Shown here: positions 13,466 through 27,000 of the stretch, piece after piece
Position numbering within the stretch: position 1 is the stretch's first letter
Layout of the letters: every line of letters begins with the position of its first letter
Assembly (NCBI GenBank): GCA_973895155.1
Contig: OZ316895.1
Location: 6,378,136-6,442,135, forward strand
Direction: 5' to 3'
Length of the DNA: 64,000 nt
DNA from: Marsupella aquatica
Lineage: Eukaryota > Plantae > Marchantiophyta
Program-made: the position numbers and the translations under genes
Notes under the pieces: generated by a model
What the model was told of the DNA's origin: nothing
Seen by the model: the letters and a program-made list of their open reading frames with translations, nothing else
Databases searched by the model: none

Positions 13466-14165
13466 TGTTAGGTATTTATTCTTACGTCTAGGGTTACGAT
13501 ATGTAACTATAGTTAGGCTAACCATAGTTAGAGACTGGTTAGGTTAACTAAGTTGCACACTATATGAACCTGTTGGCGGGAACCCGGGTTCGTCCCACGA
13601 TATTGCACCCTCAAAAGGGTTAAATATTTCTTTTACAAACTAGTGTCCGTACTTGCATTTAATGCTGCAAAACCTACTATCTCTGCACTGACAGGAGCGA
13701 GATTCGAACCTAGCACCTGATGACTCCCACCCAAGCACTTTAACCAGCAAGATACTACTCGAGGTGTACTAGTTGAAATGTCGAAAACTTATATAAACAG
13801 TTAAAATGCTTTGTTACTTTGTGAAATTTCACCCTCACCCTTTTCTCGTCGGCCCTCAATGAAGTTCGTGGCAGGCTTCGGGTTCCAATGTGAACCCGGG
13901 TTCCCGCTAACAGGTTCATATTCTAAACGGTGTTTGCTAGGATAAGTGAAACTAAGGCTCATTGTTACGGAGCCACTTGAGAGATGATGAGAGTTTATAC
14001 CGTGGAGACTTGGTATGGCCGACGGGCTTAGAGTTCAATAAAACTCTCTTGTGTGTTCCCGTGGACGTAGCCTCGAGGAGGTGAACCACATATCTCTTGT
14101 GTCGACTACTTGAAGTGTTGGAAGTGTCATGGGCTTACCGTCGTGAATGTCATCTATGTTCAACA
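13466..14165 (+). mobile_element. Solo LTR related to the 23515-30338 copia LTR, in the opposite orientation, carrying a nested MITE
   Basis: TGTTAG...TCAACA ends and a 5-bp TSD AGTCA (13461-13465, 14166-14170). The reverse complement matches the copia LTR, e.g. GAGGCTACGTCCACGGGAACACACAAGAG and GCTCCGTAACAATGAGCCT. Confidence 0.9.
13565..13918. mobile_element. MITE inside the solo LTR, TA-flanked, containing a tRNA-like segment
   Basis: TIRs TGAACCTGTTGGCGGGAACCCGGGTTC / GAACCCGGGTTCCCGCTAACAGGTTCA (1 mismatch), with TA on both sides. Confidence 0.85.
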
Positions 14166-14269
14166 AGTCAAAGGGAAATGCCCTAGTAATTGCTATTGAG
14201 CAAAGACAACATTTATAACGACAAACCATCTTCTTGGGGATATGTTGTGTAGCATGACTAACTTCCACA

Positions 14270-14339
14270 AGTCTGTGACTAAGGTTAGCCCTAACTACAG
14301 TTAGTGTTATAACCCTAGACCTAAGAGTAAATGCCTAAA
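14270..14339 (-). repeat. Inverted fragment of the LTR end at 13466-13540
   Basis: The reverse complement TTAGGCATTTACTCTTAGGTCTAGGGTTA...TAACTGTAGTTAGGGCTAACCTTAGT aligns with TTAGGTATTTATTCTTACGTCTAGGGTTA...TAACTATAGTTAGGCTAACCATAGT. Confidence 0.75.
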
Positions 14340-14494
14340 AATTGTGCACTTACCTAAAAGCTTTCATACACACTTATAGAGGGTTTTCACTTATATGTAC
14401 TGGTAGTTTAGTGCTGTCCCCTTTGCAATTACAAAAACTGCTAAATGGTTGGGAAAAGGAAGTCAGAATATGATGTGTTGCAGTTATCCAGGGT

Positions 14495-14705
14495 ATGCTG
14501 CACTTATTCACAGTTAGGTATAATAGAATTTATGCTGGTAACAGATGTTGCACTTGTAGTTCAATGAAATGCACTTATCCACGCTGCACTTATACACGCT
14601 GCACTTATACACGCTTCCTTATAATAGACTTTACGCTGGTAACAGATGTTGCACTTATACACGGTTCAATATAATAGACTTTACGCTGATAACAGATGTT
14701 ACTGT
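14495..14705. repeat. Short tandem repeat cluster
   Basis: GCTGCACTTATACAC-type units and TATAATAGA(C/A)TTTA(C/T)GCTG(G/A)TAACAGATGTT x3. Confidence 0.8.
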
Positions 14706-15021
14706 GTTGCAATGCGTGGATAGGGTCCTGACAAATTTGGCCAATCAGGGAGGGACCGGGCTCTTCTCCATCATTTCTGTCGATGGGCCATCACTTCATT
14801 GATAGAAAGAAGATCAATTTTGAAGTTCTCCCTTTACACAAACAACCATGTCCACCTAGCGAATCGCAAGGAACTCGTCCGATATGCTGAAAGATTGTGG
14901 ATATGGTGGAGAAGAGAATGGCAGAGCATTTTCGTGCCTCTTTCAGACGAAATGCTGAACGGAGCTGAGCTCATGAATGAGTTGACGATGGTTGTTGATT
15001 TGTAGAATCAGGAATTCCGTG

Positions 15022-18000
15022 ATGCTGGGAGGCATTATGGCTCGCATTGGGCCCGTGCAGCTTTGTCGACAAGGTGTTTTCTCCGGCGGATCGGTGACAA
15101 ATGTAGGGCTTTTAAAGACTGGAAATCATCCCCAGGTCTTGTATTTCTTGAAGTTAAAGAAGGGACCGAGATTAAAAGCCACAGCAAGGGCCGAATTGCG
15201 AGCAGTATTGGCTGCAGATGCAACAGAAACCGTCACTGTGCCGGGTGCTGTATCTTCAAGCGAGGTCATTAGAACTGCAGTGGACAGCTCGCTAACAAAT
15301 GAGTATTTGTCTACAATTGGTGTGCCAACACAAATTGAAGGTGGTTCCCCTTTGGGGCAAGAGGGAGTCGCAGACGTGGAGCCTTCCTCATTCTTTACGT
15401 CTGGAGACGTCCCTGCTGCAAGTCCTTCAGTAGAAGTTGATCCCAATTTACTGGACGTTCCTGCCGCAAGTCCTTCAGTAGAAATTGATCCGAATCTTCT
15501 GAATGGAGCAGACTCCTCTCCATCAACGTTACCTTCAGCTGTGGATGCGCTGCAGTCTGCTGGCGAGGATGGGTCAGTAGATCAGTCTGCATTGAGTGCC
15601 CAAGAAGAATACCTTAGGTTAATTGGAGGAGGTAATCAGGGTGCTGAGCAGGTACAGACAGATGACTTTGGTGAGCCCCTGAAAGCTGCCCAGGACAGCA
15701 TTAGTGATTCTCTGAAAGCTGCACAAGAAGGCATCAACACTGCACGAGATGCATCTGCCAAGTCTGTGGAGGATGTCGTCAATGCCCTTAAAGCTTCTGT
15801 GGACTCAGCCGGTAGCAGCATAAAGAATGCTTATGGTTCTGTGAACGGATCAATAGTTAGGGTGGTAAAGTCAGTCACAGCGCCCTTGAACAAAAATGTG
15901 GATGAGCTACAATCCGGAGTGGAGAACGCTACTCAAGGAGTGGCTGTAGATATTTCTAGTGTGTTTCGTGTTGGGACTCCTGCCAATGATGCTCTAAAGG
16001 AGGTCGTTACAGTTGTGAAGAGCGTCACAGGTTCAGCTTTAGGAGCAGCTGGCAGTTTGATCACGCAGGCTTACTCTACTACCAAGGACAGTGTTCCCCC
16101 TGAAGTCCAGTCTTTTCTGAACTCTGCGGAGGAGAAGGTTGCACAGTTGACAGGACCTGTGGGATCTGCCATTGACCAGGTTTGTATTGGGCACAATTGG
16201 CCTTCAATCAGCATCGAGTGACCTTGACAAACACTGTTTTTATGCTCAAAAAACACGGAGATCACATCATGTGAATGTAGAGCTCACAGTTTAGAGGAAA
16301 GTAGAAATTACAGCACCGTAGTAGTCATAATTATCTTCAGAATTCAAGAGTACAAAATACGAAGCCGCTGAGGGTCTTTTTGAACTTACTATGTGTTATG
16401 TCTGGAAGATAATTGTGATTGTCGCAGTTCACTAGGGAAGACTTTTGGTCGCGTTCCTTTACGAAAGGGGCCCTAGTAACTGACCACAGTTGTTGAAATG
16501 CAGGCATATATCATCCTTAGTGACGCAGAAAGAGCTGTGGGTCTTGACACGGACAATCCAGTCATTCCAGTCATTTTGGTTGTGGGTGGATCTCTTTTCT
16601 TAGGGTATGGCTTTCATGCAACTCATGCGCTTGGGGCAGTCATTCCTGCATGCTGATACTGCATGTATCTAATGCACTATTAGGTAGGGAGATTGTTCGT
16701 TGTGAGGAAATCCCCATAAGTTACCATGATAGAGCTGAGCTGTAGGAAGTTTCAAGGCCATGAGCAGCTCGTCATTGTTGAATATTTCTACTGATTTGAT
16801 TAAGAGAAATCATAGCAATTATTTGGTGGCAGATTTACGTTCTTAAATGTCCGGTATGGTGGATATTCCGGTGATTTACCTCCAAGTGCGGCACTGGATG
16901 CACTCAAGAAAGAGAATGCTGTTTTAGTTGATATTCGTCCACAGGCAAGTTGACCCTTACTGTCTTCGGTTTTTTTAACGCTCTTTGCTTTCTAGGTTAG
17001 AGATTCGGCCACTAGAGTTCATAGGCGTTTATGACCCCTGAGACTGGCTCAATCCTTTTTCTTGTGGCCTGTCTTTGGGGAATTACAGGGCAAGGTTGGG
17101 AATTCAATGAATGAATCTCTTTCTCTCACGGATCTTAGCGAAGTCGGGAGTAGCTTGCCATGTAGATCTGTTCCCCAATAACTCTTTAGACTTGCTTGTC
17201 TTACTTCTTGAGAGAAGTTCTTCATTAGTATGTTTATCTTGCTTTGCTCGTTAGCAGAGGATGGGCCATCCCTCGAGTAAGAGGTGACCTCAAAAATGTG
17301 CGCCATGTGATGTTCATGTATTTCACCACGTCTATCCCTGTTGCAGGAAGCAAGGCAGGTAGACGGGATTCCAGACCTTCGAAGATCGACGAGGTCGAAG
17401 TTTGCTGCTGTTGAACGTTTCAAGGTTGGTCGTCAAATGTCCAGTTCCTCCCAGTTCTTTGTCATCTGGCAAGCGATTTTTTGGATTCCTTTCTGCATTT
17501 TGAGAACTCATCCATTCCTGCGCTCCAGGAACGCAGAATCGTTCGTAGAAGATGTACTGGTTCTGTCTCAAGATTAATTAAGGGCAGAGCTAGGTACAAA
17601 TTCCAACGTTAGGTTAGGGTATCAGTCTTCGCAGACTCACTTACGTCCAGTGGGTCTACTTTGTTGTCGTTTGAAAGGTCTGACATGAGTTTCAAGTTTG
17701 TGATCTCAAGCAGTGTATCTCTGGGCCTCTGTGAGACACATTGCTTGAATGAAATTACTGATTGTGGTCTTGACCGTCGGAAGAGCTTATATGCCTTGCT
17801 TTCCGTAGGTTGAGGGAGCACTTCGCGGCATGGTAAAAAAAACTGGTGACGTGGAATCCCTGATCACAGCGGCTGTCATCAGGAATTTGAAAAATGTGAA
17901 TGTACGTAGAATCCGGCTTTTCTGTATATTTAATGTCAGCATTACTAGCAAGTACATAGGCTTTTGATCTCTTGCATTGAGCACAGCAAAATAACTAGAA

Positions 18001-20021
18001 AATCGGGCGCGATTGATTCTCGTATTTTTGGAAGAGGAATTGTCCAGATCTGTAGATGCACTAGAATCCAAGAGGTCACACAGGAGTTGCTGGTTGACTT
18101 TTTAAGATCTATATTCTAGCTAGAGGGAAGTCCGAATCACATCCTGTGCTGATTCAGGGTGGTTCAAAAATCATTGTGCTGGATACCGATGGTGGTCAAT
18201 CAAAACAAATTGCAAGAGGGCTGAGGAAATCCGGAACAAAGGTACGAGAAATTGTAGGTGTAAGCAAGCGTTATTGCCCTGCATTGGTCTCACCTTTAAC
18301 CTGAGTTCGACGCGTACTTAGTCAAAGTAGTCTTTTGAATATAATACGGGATCTGCAAGTTGGTGTATCTAATGTTGTCGGATGACTATAACCGTAACTT
18401 TTCCACAGAGGGCGTATTGTGTGGACGGTGGATTCAAAGCTTGGGTTTCATCAGGTCTCCAGTTTAAAGCCGAAAGTCCTCAGACTGCTCTGACAATATT
18501 GCAGGAGGTATGTCCTTTCACGCTTTCTCCTAATGTGTAGACACCTGAGTGAGATACATGATTCTGATTTCTCTGTTTCGGTGGGTTTTCTGGATACTGA
18601 TAGCAAGTGCTCGCTGCGCAAACGTCGACTGAGGATGTAAGTGAAGGTCAAAGTATCACCTCCTTTGTATGATGATCATGTGGTTGCATCAAGCAGGATG
18701 CTGAAGCCCTGGTTGAAGAAGTTCAACCAACAACGTTGGGGATTTTCGCTGCCCTTCTGGTGTGTTACTGGTGTCCCAAGACTCTTCTGAAAATTTGCCT
18801 ATGTCAGTTCTCTAAAGCTGGACTTAATGTCGAACTCTTTTCGTTTGGTCATATTGTAAATAATTGCAGTCTAGAGATACTGACCACATCTCATGTCTCT
18901 GGTGATACTCAGGGCTCTGTTGCAGGCGTATATGCTTTGTATGGTAGGAGCCCGTCTAACTTCTGCGATGAATGATCTCAAGTATCATTAGTTTGGGCTC
19001 CAATGTTCTGAGTACTAGTTCATGTGCTTCTTGTGCAGTCTTACCCAACCACAGTCATTTCCCGCTCAATGTTTCGTCTTACATCTTGTCGGAATGTTGC
19101 TTGGGACTGTAGTGTTCCAAGCCGGAATGTATCTAATAACCTCAATGGAGCCTCGAGTACTTTGCATGATGTGATGCCTTTATGTCAGTCAGGAATCTAG
19201 ATTCTGAAGGGCATCTTTACACTGTTTGCAGAGTGGGAGAAAACAATTCAGCTTATTGGGTTGCTTGGCATAGCTACGGTGTGTAACTACTGCCGCATCC
19301 TGTGTCACTTTTCTGATAAGAATTAAGTCTTGGGTGTATCTGTTAGTGCTGATCGAGTAGTTTACTGAATCACGTTGCTGCTTGGGTGCAGTCAATCTAC
19401 TCCCGAGTTTCCTCGTACGAAAGTTTTGAAGATGTTAAAGCAGACCTGAAGTAAGACCCCTAACGACTTTCAACTTAGCGTTGAAATCTTGCCATTTTTT
19501 TTAAAAAACTCTAAATGTAGGAGACGAAGAATTTTCAGAGTCCGTTTTTAAAAATAATTCAGAATTTCTATCCGGTTGAGACAGATTACTGTCGTACATT
19601 ACGAATGTCCGGAGATGTGGTGAGCGTACTTGGAGTCTCCGGACTCCGTAGCAAAAGTTGTAGACAGGAACGTGACTTCTTTCATAGAGTCCATGTACTG
19701 GAAGCTGACCATGCTAGTGTTCGTGTGTGATTGATTTGCAGATTATTGCAGAAGCCGTTCACTCTTATTATTCAGGCAATTGTCTGGATTGGAGGGCTAA
19801 TTGAGCCCAAGGAGCTCCAGTTAGCTACATCCCCAGTGTCGTCCAACGTCCAGGGACGAGTAATTCAAGCAGCAGCCAAACATGGATCGACTGCTTCTGA
19901 ACTGGAGCTTGTCCAGGAAGAGCCTAGGGAAGAGCTTGATGAAGTACTAGCAGTTGAGGAGGAAGATGGAGAGGGCGAAAGTACCCAAAGTCCACACACT
20001 AGCGTGCAAGAACCAGAATGA
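15022..20021 (+). CDS. Plastid-type rhodanese-domain membrane protein (At3g59780-like, CAS-related), 12 coding exons
   Basis: Exons 15022-16179, 16504-16604, 16833-16944, 17347-17424, 17809-17901, 18158-18241, 18409-18507, 18697-18759, 18913-18943, 19232-19278, 19392-19450 and 19742-20021 splice in frame. Motifs RYGGYSGDL, VLVDIRP, DGIPDLRR, AAVIRNLK, IIVLDTDG (Asp at the rhodanese catalytic site), VDGGFKAW, EWEKTIQLIG, RVIQAAAKH. The start codon is uncertain; an upstream exon is possible. Confidence 0.9.
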
Positions 20022-21429
20022 CTTCCAGATGCAAGAACTGATATAAACAACGAGCCTACGTTTGTGATCGGATGATTTAAGTGGAGGAGAGGGTATTGAG
20101 CCAGAGTATCTTTGCCAACTTGTGAGGATTTGGCCTCGTAAGAAGACGAGTCCTTTTTTTGTACCATTGATCTCAATGTAATTAGCAAACGGAAGTTGGC
20201 CGGCCGAGGAGTATATATGAGTGATGAGCGGCCTCCACCTTTTGTGCAAAGCACAAGTGTATCGTGGACCTCATTTTTCTTCAACAGCTGTTCTGTATCC
20301 TAAGTCGCAGCCTAAGATTTGTAACTTTATAACTTCAATAAAACGGCAACTTTTTGCCACATTTGTTCTCTTTGGCACAGAGGAATCGAAAGTTACCAAA
20401 TATTCAGCTCGTTCCTGGAAACAGTAAAATGGTACCTTGAGCCAGCGTCCGGAGACAGTGGTAGCCGCCTCGACTTTGGCGAAGGAGTGCAATGTGCTTG
20501 CTACCTTCCGCTTTGTGATGTAGAGCCACGACCTTGTAAAGCTGGCTGATGAGCTCTTGTGATCCTTTTTGCGTAAAGTTCGAGGGGAGCTCCTATTTCC
20601 GAACTCTTGAAAGTCGTTCACTGTCTGAAATCATAATATCAGGGCTTACTTGGAGAACGTCTGCAACAGACCTGGAATAATGAGCTCCGTTGACTGCCGT
20701 GGTCGTCAGAAAATGGAGAGCATTTTAGTCAAAATCCGTGCTATAATAATGTATATTACTGGTAGCCGTGGTATAGTTCTGCTACTCGAGTGGGTTTTGA
20801 GTCCATGGATTTCTTCCGTCCCACCAGTTGCATCTTAATTAATGCACCTGACTTGCACTTCCGATGCTACCCTATTTGCTCACAAGTTTTAGCACGATGG
20901 AGGTCTCAAATCCGGCAAGCGCTCTAGAGAGTTGTTTGTGTGTCGAATTTGAAGATCGTGTCAGTCAATATGATCACGTCACGTCAGCTGGGAGTGCAGA
21001 TGGGACATTTTGGCGCATTGGGAACTCCTAATTGGATTGGACTTGAGGACAATTTGGTCGTTGGCAGTGAATCACAATCCAAGGACATCTGAAGACTCAG
21101 TAGTGTGCGCATCACCCACGGAAATTTCGGAGTCGTTTACTGAAAATCATGCTCTACTGACATAAATTTCGGGAGCTTTAATGGAATGACCATCCTAAAT
21201 AATAGAATCAAAATAATCATCATCCTAACCACGAGCACATATTGATCAACAATATTACGATGAGTACAAATAATGTCGTGGGTTTCCTTCATGGCACTAG
21301 CGAGTCATTTGCCCATAACAGCCATCAAGACAACAGTACTTAAGGGAGAAATGCGTTCACATTCTACGACAGCAACCTTCATGACGCTGTCCTTAGGCAT
21401 GCGATGAGTCGGAACTGTAACAGGGAATG

Positions 21430-22246
21430 TCACGAATGCAACCAAAGACGGTCACGAAGTCGCAGAGGTCCTGCACCATAAAACTCATCCACTTTCTCTC
21501 CGTCTCTGTAGAAGCGGAAGGTAGGGGTGTAACGAACATCCTGAGTTTCCAGCTCACATTTGTCTATGTCTACGTAGACGAAGAGTGACTTTGGATATTC
21601 ATTGCTTGTGTTGCAAAAGGTCGGTAGCATCTGCCGACATGCATGACACCTGCATCCACTCAGTCAGCAGAGTTGATCAGGCCCACGATAGAATTGACAA
21701 GAGCACAAAAGAACAACTTCACAAAGAGAACCAAGAAGGCCTGTTCTTGAGCTCCTAGGTGTAGTCACGGATACCTTAGCCATGCCTGGTGCCAGAAAAG
21801 GGTACTCAAATGGGGGCGAGGGAGCAGAAAGCTAAAATCAGAACGACAATAACAAAGACCAAAATATGGAGTATCATCATACCAGGTAGCTCCGTAGTTG
21901 ACGACAACCTGCAATCGCGATTGGAGATTCAAAACTTAGATTTGATCATTCCGTACTCTGCCAAAACGATTTTATCACAAGGAGCCCTGTTCCATAAAAC
22001 TCGGAAACTTGGGGCGAGACAAGGTTCAAGCAGAGGAGAGAGTCGAGTAGGAGACGAGAAAATGGCACTCACAGGACGCTTGGCGGATTTAGCTTGCAAA
22101 AGAATATCGCTGAGTTCCTTGGCTGCGGTTGCGCTCACCAAGTTCCCCTGAAAATTGATCGGTAAGTTGCCCAAATCCTCCATTCCCTTCACGTTCGTCC
22201 CCGATGCTGCTTCCATCTTACTAGCGGCCGCCGGAACGCTGTCCAT
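21430..22246 (-). CDS. Thioredoxin-like protein (Trx-like 3-3 type), 3 exons, active site WCHAC
   Basis: Exons 22246-22073, 21908-21883 and 21649-21430 with GT-AG introns give ...KRPVVVNYGATWCHACRQMLPTFC...VRYTPTFRFYRDGEKVDEFYGAG..RLRDRLWLHS. Confidence 0.92.
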
Positions 22247-23087
22247 TATTGATCTCCCCTCGTCACTTCTTTAAAACGAAATCTCTTGCTCAATTCCATC
22301 CTCAACGCATAGCGACCGGCTCCGAATTGCTGATAACAGCCTTAATTCCCTGCACATGATGAAGGTCCTGATCCCAATCCTTCGCCATCCGAAACAGGAA
22401 GATCTCCGAACCCAAAACCGCGTATTAATGGCGTGGCAATCCCCAGCCATAAAGTAGACAAATTTTGTTTCGTCCGCGTTATTGTTGGCCAAAAGTTTCG
22501 TTATGGTGCGGTGCACATGAAACCTTTGGACAACAATCCTACCCGTTTGAAAAATTTAGGTCATCGAGCCGCAGTTTTTTTTCTCGGTTTCCACGATGTG
22601 CAATTCGCATTTTGTCTCGATGTAAGGAAAACACCGCACTGTGTCTATTTCAGAAGCAAACAACGTGAGGGAACTGTTAAACCACACCTGCCACTATAAG
22701 AGGCTATGTATATAGTTAAACCACCACTGGCCATATACCCAGGCCCCTTACCAAAGAGGTTTGGTCACAAACAACTGTCACAAATGCCCTATTTTTAATA
22801 ATTAGTATTGTACATTGTATTTTTTTAAATGGTATGCACAGAATCATATGTGCAAAAATAGCAGGCGCAGAAAAAAGATTTGGCGGCATATTCAGGCCCT
22901 CATCACAAAGGTGAAGTGAAAGTTCTTCTCCTGTGTTGTGAGTCTATTGTGAGACTTTGCTTCACAATATCAGGAAAAAATATTAAAAATGGTGAAATCT
23001 GTAGAACCAGGTTTTTGTCATCGCTAGTCGCTTTTTAAGGACCCTGGCTCTATATTGTCGATGTGGTGAATGCAAGTGTAGAGACTG

Positions 23088-23341
23088 TATATGGGAGGCA
23101 ATATATATCATTATGGGACGAGCAAGCTAGTGTTCTTGACTTTACATTAAGGAGGTCTAGATGATGTGTTGGTGTCACATAATGAGGTATATTGTTGACC
23201 GTATGTGCTTGATGCACGTATGCGGGGCCACCATATACGGGAGGCAATATGCATCATCATGGGACAAGCAGCAAAGCATTCTTGACTTTACATTAAGGAG
23301 GTCTAGATGATGACTTTACATTAAAGAGGTCTAGATGATGT
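23088..23341. repeat. Local duplications next to the copia insertion
   Basis: GGGAGGCAATAT...TTCTTGACTTTACATTAAGGAGGTCTAGATGATG x2, plus a third GACTTTACATTAAAGAGGTCTAGATGATG. Confidence 0.8.
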
Positions 23342-24065
23342 GAACACTGACTTTAACATGCATTAATACCTGGATGTATGATTTGCATGCATCTGTGTAT
23401 CATATGGAATACACTGAACATAATGAGATGTAATCATGATGAGCAAAAATATTATTGTGGCAGCAGCTTCCAGCCCCCAAGAATGAAGAATCACCCTGAT
23501 GTCCTTAATAGGTATGTTGAGCATAGACGATATTCGCAACGGCAAGCCCATGAACCATCCAACGCACAAGAGTCAACACAGAGAGATACGTGGTTCACCT
23601 CCACATGAGGCTACGTCCACGGGAACACACAAGAGCTTTACTGCACTCTAGGCCGACCGGCCATACCAAGCATCCACAGCACAAGCTCTTCCTATCTCTC
23701 AACTAGCTCCGTAACAATGAGCCTAAGTTCCACCAGGGTCTGGCATTAGCCCTGGCTATATGCACAATAGCACTACCGCTAACATTAGCTAAGTCCTAAC
23801 CCGAGTTAGCCTAACTGTAGTTAGCTCATGAGTCACAAGACTAGAGCAATATCTAACAAACTCCCCCTTGACTCTTGTCTTGGGGACTAGACTAAATGCT
23901 ACCATATGGAATCCTCAACGGGAAGTTCTAGACAATCACCAAACCAGGTCTCCCCCTAAAAACCACAAGGGTTAACTAAGGGTTAACTAGAACTAAGTCG
24001 TAGCCTAACAGGAATGAGTAATCCATATACAAATAGTCACACATTGCTAAATAACTCTACTTGCA

Positions 24066-27000
24066 CTACAACTGCAAAACCTGCAAAGTAGCACGGTGTC
24101 TTGAGAAACTCTCCAAAGGAATCACTTTGGTAAAAGCATCAGCGGGATTGAGCTTTCCATCAATCTTGACTAGCTCAAAAGTTTTATCAGACACTGCTTG
24201 CCTGATAAAATGGTACCTGATATCAATGTGCTTCACCCTGCTATCCATCACTTGGTTAGCAGCCAAGTGAAGAGCACTCTGACTATCACAGTTTAGAGTC
24301 ATTTTTCCATGCTCTAAACCCATCTCCGCAATCAACTTATCCAACCAAATTGCTTCCTTTGCAGCTTCTGTTGCTGCAACATACTCTGCTTCTATAGTAG
24401 ACTGAGATATGCACTTCTGCAAGGTAGATTTCCAACTGATACATCCTCCTCCAAGAGTGTATACAAACCCAGTTGTAGATCTCCTTGTATCCAGACAGCC
24501 TCCATAGTCAGAATCTACATAGCCAACTAACGTTCTATTTGATCTGTTATCAAATAGTAATCCATAGTCCTGTGTTCCCTTCACATACCTGAGAATCCAT
24601 TTCACAGCTTCCCAATGTACCTTCCCTGGATTTGACATGAATCTGCTGACCTTGCCCATCGCTAGGGCCAAGTCAGGCCTAGTACAAGTCATCAAATACA
24701 TCAGACTGCCTACTGCCTTCTCATAAGGAATCTTAGCCATCAGACCTTTCTCCACAGCATCCGTAGGAGAGAAAGCCGATGATAACTTGAAATGTGAAGC
24801 TAAAGGAATACTCACTGGCTTACAGTTCTCCATGTTGAATCGTGCAAGTACTTTCCTCGCATACTGGCCTTGACTCAAGCACAACTGTCCAGTCTCAGAG
24901 TTCCTAAAAATCTCCATCCCTAAGATCCTGTTAGCCCTACCAAGATCCTTCATCCTGAATTCAGCACTCAATTTCGCCTTGAGACTGTCAACCTCAGATT
25001 GATCTTTAGCCACAATCAGCATGTCATCCACATAGATCACCAGAATGATGAAACCAAACACATCATTCTTGACTGATTTCGTATACACACAAGGATCATA
25101 CACCATCCTTGTAAAACCTTGAGCAAGCATGAAATCATCAAACCGCTTGTTCCATTGTCTGGGAGACTGCTTCAATCCATACAAGGACTTGAGCAATCTA
25201 CAAACTAAGTTCTCTTGGCCCTTCTTCATAAAGCCTAGTGGCTGTCTCATGAAGATCATCTCTTCCAAGTTACCATAGAGAAAAGCAGTAACAACATCCA
25301 TCTGATCCATCACCAGATTAAAAAACACAACAAGCTGACACAAGATCCGAATTGTGGAATACTTAGCCACCGGTGAAAAGACCTCATTGTAGTCCACTCC
25401 TTTCTCCTGAGTGAACCCCTTGGCAACAAGTCTTGCCTTGTAGATCTTATCTCCACCCTCTGAAGGATTGTCCTTCAACTTGTAAATCCACTTGCTGTCC
25501 ACCACTTGCTGACCTCTTGGAAGCTCCACCAGCTCCCATGTCTTGTTGTCACTCAAAGATTGCAACTCCCTCTGTATTGCTGCATTCCACTCATGCTTCT
25601 GCTCTGAAGCACAAGCCTCACTGTACAAAGAAGGCTCTCCTTCTTCCAAGATCAAAGCCATGTCATCATCATCAGGTGCAATGTCAATATCATCTAGCTT
25701 AGATGAGTCTGCCCATTGACCATACCTGGTAGGAGCTTTAGTAGAACGACTGGAAGTTCTTCTAGTAGATGACTCAGGCTGATCTGCTGCTGCTGCTGGT
25801 TGAATTTGAGGTACCCTAGCAACAATCTGCTCCTCTTGTTCCATCACAGGAACCAGCTCCAAGCCCGGAGCTTCTCCATCTCTCCTGTCATGAACTGCAT
25901 CATGACTAATCTCCCCCTCAACCCGGTCCGGGATGGGAGATTTCCCCTTGTCAGTATGGGAGTCCTGAGAACTCTCCCCCTCCTTTGATGATCTGGATTC
26001 ATTAAAGGACACATCTCTACTGACAATTAGCTTACAGGTTACTGGATCCCATAATCTATAACCCTTCACACCTTTCTGATAACCAAGGAAAAAGCACTTC
26101 TTTGACTTGGACTCCAGCTTGGATCGAAGCTGGGAAGGTGTAAGCACATAAGCATCACATCCAAAAATCCTCAGATGTGAGTAATCTGCTGGACGCCCGT
26201 ACCTCATTTCAAATGGCGTCTTGAATCCAATAGAACTGGATGGAGAAAAATTTACCAAATAAGCTGCAGTGTTGACAGCTTCAGCCCAAAACTCATGTGG
26301 TAAGCATGATTGACTCAACATACTCCTCGAGCGGTCCAATAGTGTTCGGTTGAGTCTCTCAGAAACACCATTCTGTTGAGGAGTATAGCTTGTTGTGAGA
26401 TGGCGGGTAATCCCCTGCTCCTTACAATACGTTCCAAATTCACCGGAACTGTATTCACCGTCATTATCCGATCGAAGATATCTCACCTTATTACCAGTTT
26501 GATTTTCAACTTGGGCTTTCCACTCCTTAAAAGTGGAAAAAACATCAGACTTATTGTGTAGAAAGTATATCCACACATACCTTGAGTAATCGTCAATGAA
26601 CATGACATAGTATAACCGTCCAGAATGTGAGGGAGTAGGGGCGGGACCCCACACATCACTATGTACATACTCAAGTACCTCCTTGCTGGTGCGAGTTCCA
26701 ACTCCGAAGGGTTTCCTGTGCTGCTTCCCTAGCACACAGTGCTCACAAAATTCCAACTTACAAGATTGCAAATTAGAAAGTAATCCTTTCTTCTGAAGAA
26801 TAACCAAACCTTTTTCACTCATGTGACCCAAACGGAAGTGCCACAGCCGGGCCGTCTCCTCATGAGATAAGGTTACATTGGCTTCATCATAGACTACACT
26901 GCCCTCCATAACGTATAGATTGCATTGTCTCTTTCCCTTCAATACAACTTTAGTACCAGTTGAAACTTGAAGGACACCATTAGCAGAACTCCACTGATGG

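Noticed and set aside
13689-13760. Functional tRNA gene
   Set aside because: Box B is present but the acceptor, anticodon and T stems do not pair properly; kept only as a tRNA-like element.
16180-16221. C-terminus of the 409-aa ORF as a gene end
   Set aside because: It is read-through into intron 1 (CAG|GTTTGT); the gene continues to 20021.
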